Positions 1-9,402 of a DNA stretch of 53,536 bases are shown one piece after another. Each line of letters begins with the position of its first letter. Within the stretch, counting starts at the first letter, position 1. The notes under the pieces were generated by a model. That model saw nothing but the letters and a program-made list of their open reading frames with translations. It ran no database searches and was not told the origin of the DNA. The position numbers were made by a program, and so were the translations under genes. Location: the IMG/VR virus record IMGVR_UViG_3300005812_000001, positions 1 to 53,536 of that record; one strand, written 5' to 3'. The DNA is from a virus (Duplodnaviria; Caudoviricetes).

Positions 1-80
1 GCCACTTGTCGAAACCTTGACGATTTCGCTCCAACACTGGCTAAGTCGATGGGTTTTGACTATATTGCCGTTTCAAACAG

Positions 81-104
81 GCGGGTGTAGTTCAATGGTA
101 GAAC
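81..104 (+). repeat. Left att core (5' 24 nt of tRNA-Gly)
   Basis: GCGGGTGTAGTTCAATGGTAGAAC is identical to 53433..53456 and is not followed by the rest of the tRNA. Confidence 0.95.
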
Positions 105-152
105 TTATAACGCCGCTGCACGCCGCGTATTATCTGGCCTTCAGAGCCTCCC

Positions 153-182
153 CATCTCACAAAAGCCGTTTCATCTCACAAA
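153..182 (+). promoter_or_regulatory. Putative integrase arm-type sites (2x CATCTCACAAA)
   Basis: Copies at 153..163 and 172..182; another at 53317..53327; inverted partial copy at 53381..53388. Confidence 0.7.
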
Positions 183-185
183 TCA

Positions 186-1199
186 TCACTTGGCGGGCCT
201 GATCATCTGCTTTTTCCGGCGGTAGTGTTTCCGTGTCATTGCCGGGTCAGAGTGGCGCAAAAGCTCCTGGGCACGCGCTTCATTTTCGGCATCACTGCCT
301 GCCTTGGCTCGCAAATCATGCCTGGTAAATGGCACCTCTAGATCGGTCTCTTTGATGGCCTTTGCTATAGACCCCCGCCATGCCCGGTCGAATGATTCAC
401 AGCGACCATTGGCGCCCACGTAGCAACCGCCATTGCTATTCGGGAACAGGTAAAGCGACGGCTTGGGCTTGGCTGCCCGCGCCTGGTCGATGGCCTCCCT
501 GAGCGCTTCTGTCATTTCAAAGGGGTCATCCTTTCCGGTCTTGCTGTCCTGGACGTGAAGCGCGTCCTTTCCAATATGGGCCTCCATGATCCGAAGGGTG
601 TCGGCCTTTCGGGTGCCGATAAGCAGCACAAGGGCCGCAAATGCCACCTGCTGTGGTTTCGCCACCGATAGCCATGCAGCAAGCTCCCAGTCCTGAACAT
701 AGCGGTCACGCTCTTTCTTGAGCCCGTCCCGCTTGCCGAAATACTTCACTTCACCGGTGATCTGGTTCTGTTCGATCACCCCCCAGCGAACACAATGGCG
801 CAGCACCTGGTTCAATACCTTCAAATCAGTATTTGCCAGGTTCATGCTTCTGGCTCTGGATACGTTATCCATGTACTGGTACACCAGCTGCGGCTTGATC
901 ATTACCACCTTGTTATGGCCCAGGCCCTGCCGGATGCGCTTCAGGGCCGCGCTGTACGATGCCTGGGTTTGTGGCTTCAGGGTGGGCAGAACCTCCACCG
1001 TGTAGCGATCAACGGCGGAAGCGAGCACCTCTCCCGCCTCGATTTCCTTGATTGAGGCGAATTTGCGCAGCGCCTTCGGGTAGGTGTCGCCCAGCCGGTA
1101 CCAGCTTTTACCATCAAACAGGTCTTTTTCGGATGGGTGGGGCCGGTAGTAGTAGGCCCCGAATTTGAACGCCCATCGCTTTGGTAGTCCGTTAGCCAT
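186..1199 (-). CDS. int: Tyrosine integrase
   Basis: Catalytic R (GTRKAD), K (DSKTG), HxxR (HDLR), H (LRHS), Y (HYRR); adjacent to att. Confidence 0.95.
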   Translation of the reverse strand: MANGLPKRWAFKFGAYYYRPHPSEKDLFDGKSWYRLGDTYPKALRKFASIKEIEAGEVLASAVDRYTVEVLPTLKPQTQASYSAALKRIRQGLGHNKVVMIKPQLVYQYMDNVSRARSMNLANTDLKVLNQVLRHCVRWGVIEQNQITGEVKYFGKRDGLKKERDRYVQDWELAAWLSVAKPQQVAFAALVLLIGTRKADTLRIMEAHIGKDALHVQDSKTGKDDPFEMTEALREAIDQARAAKPKPSLYLFPNSNGGCYVGANGRCESFDRAWRGSIAKAIKETDLEVPFTRHDLRAKAGSDAENEARAQELLRHSDPAMTRKHYRRKKQMIRPAK

Positions 1200-1413
1200 A
1201 GAGGTTCTTCAGAAAGTCCGGATCAATGGTGCCCTTTTTCTCATCGGGCTCTTCGCCAGCCAGCTTGGCCAGCGCCTGTGGGAATACTACCGGCCATCCC
1301 TCATCGTCCATCGCGTGCGGAACTCCCATGGCCCGGAGGGCCTCAAGCTGTTTCGCCTTCCACGACCTGCCGGTTAACTCTTTCACCTGCTCTCTGCTTA
1401 ATCGCAAGCCCAT
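1192..1413 (-). CDS. Excisionase-like protein (DUF4224-like)
   Basis: 73 aa MGLRLSREQVKELTG..; overlaps int start; start re-called at ATG 1413. Confidence 0.75.
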   Translation of the reverse strand: MGLRLSREQVKELTGRSWKAKQLEALRAMGVPHAMDDEGWPVVFPQALAKLAGEEPDEKKGTIDPDFLKNLYG

Positions 1414-1423
1414 ATCGTCTCTC

Positions 1424-1792
1424 TCAATCCAGTTTGCCGCCACGGCGGACGGCCTCGCCCTCATCCGGGGCGGCGGTGTGCTGTCGGGTGCTGGCGGTCT
1501 CAACGAAATACACAGCCACCCACTGCCGGCGGAATTTCTCCACCACCATCTGCTCAAAGTCATTGTCCGACTCAGGCACTGGGGCGCCGGATTTCCGGCG
1601 AACCACGGTATTGGTGACAGCCCAGAACTGGCAGGCAAGGCACTCTGCACAGGTCTGACTTCTGGCCTGCTGGTGGGCTTCATCTGCATGCGATCGGCCC
1701 CATCCAATCATGTCATCCATCAGCTGATTCTGTTCAGCGGTGGTCTGTGGTTGCAGCTCAGGGGGCAGGGGGAGGGTGATTTTAATGCTCAT
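1424..1792 (-). CDS. Hypothetical phage protein
   Basis: Part of the tightly packed minus-strand operon; start re-called at MSIKITL. Confidence 0.6.
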   Translation of the reverse strand: MSIKITLPLPPELQPQTTAEQNQLMDDMIGWGRSHADEAHQQARSQTCAECLACQFWAVTNTVVRRKSGAPVPESDNDFEQMVVEKFRRQWVAVYFVETASTRQHTAAPDEGEAVRRGGKLD

Positions 1793-2030
1793 CGATGCGC
1801 CCCTTCCGTTTAATGATCTTTTCCATTCCCTTGGGCATGGCAATCAGGCCCTCATCCTCTATCAGCTTGTGCACCAGATCCCGGCTGACGGTCACAGTCA
1901 GCTCTTTACCCTGCAGGATGTGAGTGCTCGCCTTTTCCGCTTCCTTGCGTGCCTTCATATACCCCCAGCAGTGCCCCAGACTGAATGCCCAGACACATGA
2001 GAAAATCAAGGCAAGGGTCAGGTCATCCAT
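1782..2030 (-). CDS. Small protein with N-terminal TM segment
   Basis: MDDLTLALIFSCVWAFSLG..; GGAGG RBS; overlaps neighbours. Confidence 0.6.
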   Translation of the reverse strand: MDDLTLALIFSCVWAFSLGHCWGYMKARKEAEKASTHILQGKELTVTVSRDLVHKLIEDEGLIAMPKGMEKIIKRKGRIDEH

Positions 2031-2529
2031 GGGGCGCCTCCATGTTAGTAAGAGCATCTAAATGGTCCGCCCACGAACAAATTTGAATTCGCCGGGAAAA
2101 TTGCAGCTTCTCGCCCTGCAGAATTTCGCGAAGTATTCTGGTGCTCTCAGCAAGCGCTGTTTCCAGAGCCAGAGCTCGATCTGTAGTGGCCGTGACCAGT
2201 TCCAGCCGGTCACTAGCCAGCTGCTCAAGGTACTCGAGCTGAGCAGTTAGCTGGGCATTGGCCTGGCGCTCCGATTCAAGAAGTTCTGGCTTGCTCTCAT
2301 CGCGTAACCGCTGGGCTTCCTTCATTTCTTGGGTGCTGGCGGATCTGGCCGCATCCATACCGTTTCGAGCGGCTTTTGCTTGCTTGGCCAGGGTGGCGTC
2401 AACTACATCCGCCCGCCGGTACTCGATGGCATCTTTCGGGTCCATCCCCAAGCCGGGCGCGGGGTCGTCGCACCAGAGGTGGCCATGCTCGCTATCAGGG
2501 ATCAAGTAAATCGTCTCAGGCGTCTCCAC
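2023..2529 (-). CDS. Hypothetical coiled-coil phage protein
   Basis: GTG start 6 nt after GGAGG; WCDDPAPG motif. Confidence 0.6.
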   Translation of the reverse strand: METPETIYLIPDSEHGHLWCDDPAPGLGMDPKDAIEYRRADVVDATLAKQAKAARNGMDAARSASTQEMKEAQRLRDESKPELLESERQANAQLTAQLEYLEQLASDRLELVTATTDRALALETALAESTRILREILQGEKLQFSRRIQICSWADHLDALTNMEAPHG

Positions 2530-2872
2530 AATCAACCTCCTTGCCCGGGGTGCGTACGGGCACATAGCCGTGGGCTGACCGGTGAACATTGATCCCGATG
2601 ACCGCAATGTCATGCTCACCAGGGCCGTATAGCGCCAGCATGGTGGCCTGCACTGACTCTGGGAGCTGGCTGACCGGCTGGCGGCTGAAATCCCGCACAG
2701 TGCTGCTCAGGCGGTGTTTCTTGCCATACCCACGGGAGAGGGTGGCCGGGCGACCGGGATAGCAGTTCTTTTCGTTCCAGCGCGGCCCATACAGGCGGTA
2801 TTCGTTTACCTTGCTGCCATCGTCAAAGGCGTCGTAGTGCTCGGCCTTCAGGGGGATGAATAGGGGTTTCAT
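2516..2872 (-). CDS. ASCH-domain protein
   Basis: IPLKAEHYDAFDDGSKVNEYR fits the ASCH GxKxxExR signature. Confidence 0.75.
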   Translation of the reverse strand: MKPLFIPLKAEHYDAFDDGSKVNEYRLYGPRWNEKNCYPGRPATLSRGYGKKHRLSSTVRDFSRQPVSQLPESVQATMLALYGPGEHDIAVIGINVHRSAHGYVPVRTPGKEVDCGDA

Positions 2873-3159
2873 TGGGCCTCCTTTCTTGAGCCTGAAGATG
2901 CAGAGGAAGCGAGAAGATCACGCTGTTTCAGCCTGTAAATCCAGTTTTTCCCAACCTGGATTTCGTCGGTGCTGGATTCCCACCAGGAAAGATTCTTTCG
3001 GCATCGCTCAATGGCGTCCCAGCTAACTTCTTTGCGTTCTGCCTGGTATCTCATGTGCCAGTTGCCGGGGATTTTGCTGTTCCCGCTTTTGTGCCCTACG
3101 TACCACAGCTCCCAGCCTGATTTTATGAGGCCCTTTATTTCGGATGCTTTGGTTATCAT
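2869..3159 (-). CDS. Hypothetical protein
   Basis: 4-nt overlaps with both neighbours. Confidence 0.6.
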   Translation of the reverse strand: MITKASEIKGLIKSGWELWYVGHKSGNSKIPGNWHMRYQAERKEVSWDAIERCRKNLSWWESSTDEIQVGKNWIYRLKQRDLLASSASSGSRKEAQ

Positions 3160-3608
3160 TTCCCCTCCTGTTTCTTACGTTTGGCTCTGGTCAGCTCTCG
3201 ACTGACGCGGGGCAACCTTCCAAGCATGTCTTCTGGCAGCAGCCCTTCATTGCAGTGGGGGCAGCACGGGGTCTGGTCTTTGGTTCGCCAGATGGCATCG
3301 AGGGCTTTGACGGCACGGGAGCGGGCCGCTTTCGTCTCTGCCTCTTTCAGCGACTGCTCACGCTGAATAAGCCTCTTTACATGGCTATCCATGTTCTCGG
3401 TGATCACCTTGAAGGCATCGAATGGCTCAATTTCCTGTTCGCAGTCTTCGCACCAAATGCGCCGCTCTTGGGTGTCGTAGACCATGCTTCGATGTCGGCA
3501 TGATTCGTATGGGCGTCTGGTCAGCCCTCTTGCTATCCGAACGTCGCCAATATCCACAACATCAACACCGTGAATGAAGTGGCCAGGTTCTATGGGCTTG
3601 TCGCTCAT
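3156..3608 (-). CDS. Hypothetical Zn-ribbon protein
   Basis: CxxC pairs (CEDC, CPHC); start re-called at MSDKPIE with GGAGG RBS. Confidence 0.65.
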   Translation of the reverse strand: MSDKPIEPGHFIHGVDVVDIGDVRIARGLTRRPYESCRHRSMVYDTQERRIWCEDCEQEIEPFDAFKVITENMDSHVKRLIQREQSLKEAETKAARSRAVKALDAIWRTKDQTPCCPHCNEGLLPEDMLGRLPRVSRELTRAKRKKQEGK

Positions 3609-3727
3609 AAATCCTCCCAATAACGACCACCAGCGGGATCCAGCATGGCCATGCCAAAGGCCCAGATGCCGGACCCGAGCAGAATCACCAGCATCATTGC
3701 CAGGAAGGCCCAGAACAGGATCATCAT
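3605..3727 (-). CDS. Small membrane peptide (40 aa)
   Basis: MMILFWAFLAMMLVILLG..; ATGA overlaps on both sides. Confidence 0.55.
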   Translation of the reverse strand: MMILFWAFLAMMLVILLGSGIWAFGMAMLDPAGGRYWEDL

Positions 3728-4122
3728 TTCTTCTCCAGTAGGGCGGCGGCGCGGTCTTCCCCAAGGGCACGAAAAAGTCTGTCGCACAGCGTTTCTATGT
3801 CGCTAAACCACACCGTGTCAGTTACTGCTGGATCATTTTTAATGGCTTTGTAGGCATCTGCCGCGGCTGTCTCCAGCTCTGCAATGCGGGCCTTGGCTGC
3901 GGTGAGTTCGTCGGATTCGGCACGGGAATTCCATTTCTTCACCGCTTCCGCATGGCACCACTCGTGACTAAATCTCAGTGCCCCGACCGTCACTCCTTGT
4001 GTGCATCCTGGCGCTTTGCACCGGATTGTGACTTTTCGCCGTCTTGTATTGTCATTGCCAATAAAGACCGGCTCTGCGGCTTCAGACCCACAAAACGGGC
4101 ACGGCTTCAGCTTATCCATCAC
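3724..4122 (-). CDS. Lar-family restriction alleviation protein
   Basis: LKPCPFCG ... CKAPGC ... AVKKWNSR. Confidence 0.75.
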   Translation of the reverse strand: MMDKLKPCPFCGSEAAEPVFIGNDNTRRRKVTIRCKAPGCTQGVTVGALRFSHEWCHAEAVKKWNSRAESDELTAAKARIAELETAAADAYKAIKNDPAVTDTVWFSDIETLCDRLFRALGEDRAAALLEKK

Positions 4123-4616
4123 TCTTCCTCGCTGGTGGGGTTGGCGATTGGTTCATAAACGGTGTCCAGCATTCCGCGCACAGCGAATCTACGAAGGGCA
4201 GACCGCAGCATCATCGTTTCGGATCGTTTATTTGCATCGAACGGCCTATCGGTTACCCAGATCGTGTTTGGTGGGAAGCCATGCACTTTCTTTATCGTTT
4301 TTGGGTAGCAATAAAGCAGGCCCCAGCCATTCGGAAGATCATCAATCGTTACCACACCGGGCGGGCATAGATAAAAGCGCCAGTCGCCCATTCCCTTTTC
4401 AGGCGACTCACGAAATAATTTTTTCTTGTCGGCATGGAAGTCGGCGCGACTGCTCTTGCACTCAATTAGGCAAGAGATGCTGTCTCTCCACCCAATAACG
4501 TCTGGCTGTTCGCCGTAGGCTGTAAATGCACGAAATTTGTCGTGCAGGGTTACGGAGAATCCTTGTTGTTGCAGCCACCTGTTCCCGCGAAGGCAAAGCT
4601 CATCATGCGTCATCAC
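4119..4616 (-). CDS. MmcB-like PD-(D/E)xK nuclease
   Basis: EQPDVIGW..LIECKSSRADFHAD motif. Confidence 0.65.
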   Translation of the reverse strand: MMTHDELCLRGNRWLQQQGFSVTLHDKFRAFTAYGEQPDVIGWRDSISCLIECKSSRADFHADKKKLFRESPEKGMGDWRFYLCPPGVVTIDDLPNGWGLLYCYPKTIKKVHGFPPNTIWVTDRPFDANKRSETMMLRSALRRFAVRGMLDTVYEPIANPTSEEE

Positions 4617-5812
4617 TCCACTCCCTCGCTATCGTCGCCATCAGATGACTGGCGGAGGCGGGCGATAAACTCTTTGAATCTCCAGCGCGGAATCTCAATG
4701 TATTCTTGGTCGTCGTACTCAGGCAGGAAAAGGCCACATTCAGCAGCGAACTGCTCTAGCGCCCCTGTCTCCGCCTCCCGCTTGGCATCACCAAAACCAG
4801 CAGCGATGTGCTCTTCAAGTGACACCAGGTCACGCCACCAATGCTGATCATCGTGTGGATAGTCAAAGCGACAGCACAGGGATGCATGAAACGCCTTGAA
4901 GGATCCATTCGGCAGGCCGACCATGGCGTCATCTATTGGCCGAGAATTTTCTGTAAAGGGCTTGGCATCACCAGAGCCGCTGGTCACATCCGAAATCACC
5001 AGTCCTGCAAACACGGCCAGCTTTTCTGTCATCTCATCGGGCGACATGCCGGCAGCCTGCGCTTTCTCTTGCAGGTATCTCGTCATTATGTCGTTTGCTT
5101 CCGGCCATTCTTTCTTGGCATCACCAGAAGGCACGGCGGTGAGAGAGATAATCCAGTCTTGAAGCTCTCGCAACTGCGGTGACCAGTACGCGCTTTCCAC
5201 ATAGGTGAACAACTTTGGGTAATCATGCTGCTTGCGCGTAATGAACTGTTCCGCCCCGGCTTGAGTCAGGTGCGTTGAAACAACCTCCTCGATCTCTTGG
5301 ACAGGAACTCTTCTTAACTCTTCGGGCAGATCATCGCAGTCCAGGTCAAAGTGGCATTCGATGGCTTCTTTCCAGTCATCGTCGTGATTCTCTTCCGCCC
5401 ACTGCTGACACCACTCTTCGTGGTTCTCGATAAGATATTCGTGTAACTCGCAAAGAGGGCGGTCTGAACGATATACAACACCATCATCACCGCAAATCTC
5501 GGTATGATGCTCTGAGCAGCCCTCAAGTGTGGGAAGGTAGCGATTGCACCGAACCTGCCAGAATGGGTGTGAGGTCATTCTGTTGGGCTGCTCTCTCATC
5601 TGCTTTGACATTTCAAGCAAGAAATCCGGCACAGCTACACGGGGTTCCATATCACCCTGCGCGGATTGCAGGGCGGCTTCATTATCCAGCAGCACGGCAA
5701 TGGCATCGCGGGTATCGTCGTTATCATTGACGCCAAACCGCTGGGCCTTGCCTTTTTCGTCTCGAATATTATCGCGCAGCGTTTGCAGCGCCTCTCGAAT
5801 CACATCAGTCAT
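4613..5812 (-). CDS. Mosaic Ead/Ea22-like early protein
   Basis: 399 aa from MTDVIRE; modular, with three GDAK junction repeats. Confidence 0.55.
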   Translation of the reverse strand: MTDVIREALQTLRDNIRDEKGKAQRFGVNDNDDTRDAIAVLLDNEAALQSAQGDMEPRVAVPDFLLEMSKQMREQPNRMTSHPFWQVRCNRYLPTLEGCSEHHTEICGDDGVVYRSDRPLCELHEYLIENHEEWCQQWAEENHDDDWKEAIECHFDLDCDDLPEELRRVPVQEIEEVVSTHLTQAGAEQFITRKQHDYPKLFTYVESAYWSPQLRELQDWIISLTAVPSGDAKKEWPEANDIMTRYLQEKAQAAGMSPDEMTEKLAVFAGLVISDVTSGSGDAKPFTENSRPIDDAMVGLPNGSFKAFHASLCCRFDYPHDDQHWWRDLVSLEEHIAAGFGDAKREAETGALEQFAAECGLFLPEYDDQEYIEIPRWRFKEFIARLRQSSDGDDSEGVE

Positions 5813-6428
5813 CGTATTGCTCCTGAAACTGGCGCCATGCCTGCTGCACGGCTTGGAATTGTTCGGTGGTGCCGCCATGGTCCGGGTGCGTGCTCTTGCG
5901 CTTTTGCTGGTAGGCAGCTCGCACGGTGTCGAAGTCAGCGCCCTGGGTTACACCAAGAACAGCCCACCAGGAGCTGGCATTGGTGCTGGCGGAGCTGGGC
6001 AGCTCCTTGAAGCCAGCGGTGGCCCGCTGCAGAATCTTGGCGCCCCCCCAGCGCTCAACGGCTCGCAGGGCATCCAGCGTCCCGGCGATTGCTGCGAGGT
6101 TGTCACCCAGGCGGTTGTACTGATCGATTGCGATGCACTGGTATGCCTCGGAATTCTGATCCGGACGCCAATACACGGCGGCACCGGTATCCTCCGGAGG
6201 GCGACGGCCTGAGTAGGGAAGGCCATCGCCGCGAACCGCCATGTTCGTGCTGATAATCACGTTCCAGGACGGGACGCCCATCTTGCGTAGGGCCTCCAGA
6301 ACACGGGTGATGCCGTCAGCGATAGTCAGCCGGCGCCCCTGGTGTTTGAAATTGGCGTCCTTCTGGTCGCTGCTGGCGGTTCTGGACCAGCCAGCAGGCC
6401 AGTGGAGAGGGTGGTTGCTCACGTTCAT
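5805..6428 (-). CDS. J-domain (DnaJ-like) protein
   Basis: C-terminal WWAVLGV..AY..HPDHGG J-domain. Confidence 0.85.
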   Translation of the reverse strand: MNVSNHPLHWPAGWSRTASSDQKDANFKHQGRRLTIADGITRVLEALRKMGVPSWNVIISTNMAVRGDGLPYSGRRPPEDTGAAVYWRPDQNSEAYQCIAIDQYNRLGDNLAAIAGTLDALRAVERWGGAKILQRATAGFKELPSSASTNASSWWAVLGVTQGADFDTVRAAYQQKRKSTHPDHGGTTEQFQAVQQAWRQFQEQYDD

Positions 6429-7558
6429 TGCTGGGCTCCGCCGATCCACTGATACCCATCACCGCTGCGGAACTCAGAAACCAGACCTTCGCGCTGCATT
6501 TTTTCGATAAGTCTGGCAGCCCTGTTGTATCCGATTCTCAGCTTGCGCTGGATACGACTGATTGAAGGCTTTTCCTCGCGAGCAATCGTTATTGCTTCGT
6601 TCCACATGGATTCGGAAACATCTTCCGGTGCCGGCGGCAGAGGCTCCGGCTTCGATTCATGCTGCGCTTCGAAATATCCGTAAAGCCCGTCCAGAGCATC
6701 ACGCAGGGCTTTGCCTTGCAGGCTGATACGGGCCTGAAGTTCTGCCACGACATCATCAGCGTCCAGCGCATCGATGTTCTCTTGCAGCAGGTCCAGCGCC
6801 CGGATGCGCTTGATCTCCAGCTTGTCGTTCACATCCAGTTCCAGGCTGTCCTGCCAGCAAAGGTTGATGCGAGTGGCCACCATGCCGGTTTCCAGATAGG
6901 CCAGGTTCTCTTCCTGAACCAGGTCAACGCCGGTGAACTTCACGGCGGCACCTTCGTCTTTGGTCCCCTTCAGGTCTCCGCGATCACCCAGGGTGAAGCC
7001 GTCCGGAATCAAGGCGGTGTCACGTAGCCAGTTGCTGAAGCTGGTGTGGGGTGCAGACGTGGGGGCCGGGTAGGCCACCGGCAGGGAGCCAAGGGCCTTG
7101 CGAAGTGCCGCCACCGCTTCTTCCGCACGGCTGGCAGAAGCAGAGTCCACCAGCAGGCGCTGACGCTCTTTGTCGATGAGCAGGTTGATCCGGCGAGACT
7201 GGGTGAATGCCCGGGGCATCAGCTCGAAGACGATCTGCTCCTTCAGTTCGGCTTTTTCTTTGCGTCCGACCTTGCGCCCTTCCTCTTGCTGGATCTGCTC
7301 AACCTTCTCATCGAGCATTTCCTTGATCACAGGCCCGGGCAGCAGGCGGGTGGTCTCCTGGTGGGTCAGAAGAATGAAGCCGTCCACTTCATAGGCCATG
7401 GCGTCATGGCCCTTAATCGGAGGAACAAAGCCATCAGTGCGAAGGGACTGGCTGCCGCAAGGCTGGCACTGGTTCTGGTACAGCTCTTCTTCCAGTTCGG
7501 CCACCGAGAAGGAAAACGGCTCATCAGCCAGGAAAACGATCAGGTTCTTAATCCACAT
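6425..7558 (-). CDS. rdgC: RdgC with C-terminal FtsK-gamma domain
   Basis: [26 protein letters not shown] RdgC motifs; C-terminal [21 protein letters not shown]. Confidence 0.9.
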   Translation of the reverse strand: MWIKNLIVFLADEPFSFSVAELEEELYQNQCQPCGSQSLRTDGFVPPIKGHDAMAYEVDGFILLTHQETTRLLPGPVIKEMLDEKVEQIQQEEGRKVGRKEKAELKEQIVFELMPRAFTQSRRINLLIDKERQRLLVDSASASRAEEAVAALRKALGSLPVAYPAPTSAPHTSFSNWLRDTALIPDGFTLGDRGDLKGTKDEGAAVKFTGVDLVQEENLAYLETGMVATRINLCWQDSLELDVNDKLEIKRIRALDLLQENIDALDADDVVAELQARISLQGKALRDALDGLYGYFEAQHESKPEPLPPAPEDVSESMWNEAITIAREEKPSISRIQRKLRIGYNRAARLIEKMQREGLVSEFRSGDGYQWIGGAQQ

Positions 7559-7561
7559 AAG

Positions 7562-9226
7562 TCACTCCACACTCTGGGTTTGGTATTCGGGACGTTCGGC
7601 AGTCAGGATCACCACAGAAACCGTGGTGCCCTTGAATTCATTGGTGTAGATGCGGGACCACTTCATGTCCCAACCGGACAGGAGAGGCTGCCCCTTGGCG
7701 CTGGCGGGCAGGATGGCCACCAAGCGGCCATCTCTCTTCACTACTTTGCTGGCGGCCAGCAGGTGTTCTTGCCACCGGCCCTGGCTGTACGGGGGATTCA
7801 TCACTACCCGGTCGTAACCGCCGCCGCGGTATTCGCCAGCCAGTTCAAGGAAGTCCAGGCATGCCATTTGGCGAGGAGGCCCAACATGCTGGTACCCCTT
7901 TGCCTTCAGCACTTCGCAGTGCAGCTGGCTGATCTCATAGCAGGTAACGTGCGCGTCTTCCGGCATGTGATCAGCCAGGCTGCCAATGCCGGCGCTTGGC
8001 TCAAGCCAGTTCATCCCCGGGGTGGCACCGGCAGCTGCGATTTCCACAGCATCCCGAGCAATGTTCTCGGGGGTGGGGTAGAACTGGTGTGTCTTCTGAT
8101 CTGGCACGCAGCCGGCGGCCACGATCTCCCTGATTACCTCTGCCGGGTCATAGTCGAACCGGTAGTGGTCTCCCTCCGGGACACCGCCAATGCTTTCCAG
8201 AATCCGGACAGCTTGCTGGCGAACATGCTTGTCCAGTTTCTGGCTGTACTGGAATGCCCGGGTGTTGGGGATTCTGATGATGCGATCGCCATGGGGGTCA
8301 CCGATTTTTCTAGCTTCTTCCATGCCTGTCAGAGCGCCAATCACAGCGAACGGCAGGGGCTGCATGATTTCTTTCCAGACCTTTGACTTGGCCCGCTTCA
8401 CAGGCTTTCTGCGCAGGCTTTCTGGAATGGCGGAAGGGTAGAGGGTGGCCAAGATAGAGTTCAGCCGCCAAGCCATATCCGGGTGCACCTCAAGATGGGC
8501 GGTGCCCTTGAAGTACACACGAATGCGAAGAGCGCCACCGTCCACCAGCATCCAGTCGCCCACCTGCTGGTAAGCGGCATCAATAACTGCCCTGGTCGTG
8601 CCATGACGGGGCTCATCCCGACCCATGAACTTGGCGATAACCGCGCGCAGATCGTTCAGGTGTCCTTCAGACTTCCAGCATGTCAGGCCGATGCTGTCCT
8701 TCACGTACATGATCATTCGCTTGCCGAATGCCTGGGGGCAGTTAGTAACGTGCTCTCCGGACAGTGCCCGGAACATGCCGTCAACCTTCTCGGCCAGAAA
8801 CTGGCTGCGCATGTTGAGCAGATCCATAATGGTTGGGCGCACCGTCTCTTCATCGAAGTCAGGGGCTTTCTGTTCGCGGATTTGGTCGTTCCAGTCATCC
8901 CGGCGCTTCTGCGGCATGTAGTCGTACACGTCCGTCATATTCAGCGCTTTTGCCCAGTACCGACTGTTCAGAGCGGCAATGGCGCCCTCTGCCGCAAACA
9001 GCTTGCCCGTATTCGTCGGCAGGCCTCTGGTGCGGTCAGTGTTCCCGTCGATAAACAGCGGCATCACCTGGGCCACTTCCGGGCCGTTGACGAACTCGGC
9101 AGCCTGTTCAACCAGGCTCCGCTCGCGCTGGTACTGAGCCAGAAGGTTGTCGAACAGGTCAGAAGAGGCGGGGGCAAAGAACTCTTCGCCTTCAATGAGA
9201 GACCCAGTATCAATGTGTGCTGTCAT
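7562..9226 (-). CDS. DUF4942-like protein fused to amino (N6A/N4C) DNA methyltransferase
   Basis: QFYPTP, LEPSAGIG, VMNPPY motifs. Confidence 0.85.
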   Translation of the reverse strand: MTAHIDTGSLIEGEEFFAPASSDLFDNLLAQYQRERSLVEQAAEFVNGPEVAQVMPLFIDGNTDRTRGLPTNTGKLFAAEGAIAALNSRYWAKALNMTDVYDYMPQKRRDDWNDQIREQKAPDFDEETVRPTIMDLLNMRSQFLAEKVDGMFRALSGEHVTNCPQAFGKRMIMYVKDSIGLTCWKSEGHLNDLRAVIAKFMGRDEPRHGTTRAVIDAAYQQVGDWMLVDGGALRIRVYFKGTAHLEVHPDMAWRLNSILATLYPSAIPESLRRKPVKRAKSKVWKEIMQPLPFAVIGALTGMEEARKIGDPHGDRIIRIPNTRAFQYSQKLDKHVRQQAVRILESIGGVPEGDHYRFDYDPAEVIREIVAAGCVPDQKTHQFYPTPENIARDAVEIAAAGATPGMNWLEPSAGIGSLADHMPEDAHVTCYEISQLHCEVLKAKGYQHVGPPRQMACLDFLELAGEYRGGGYDRVVMNPPYSQGRWQEHLLAASKVVKRDGRLVAILPASAKGQPLLSGWDMKWSRIYTNEFKGTTVSVVILTAERPEYQTQSVE

Positions 9227-9402
9227 GCGGCACCTCCGAAGAGATCCATCTGGCCGACCATTTTGTTGGCGTCAGCAATATGGTTTCTGCGGCGATCAGC
9301 AGCCCAATTCAGCAGGGTGGCGCGGAAGCTGCGCTGGAATGGGTTGCCCCGGCGCGCACGGGCCTGTTCGATGAAAACGCGTGCCATGTATAGATCGTTC
9401 AC
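9223..9402 (-). CDS. Hypothetical protein
   Basis: GTG start overlaps the MTase stop; ends GQMDLF. Confidence 0.55.
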   Translation of the reverse strand: MNDLYMARVFIEQARARRGNPFQRSFRATLLNWAADRRRNHIADANKMVGQMDLFGGAA

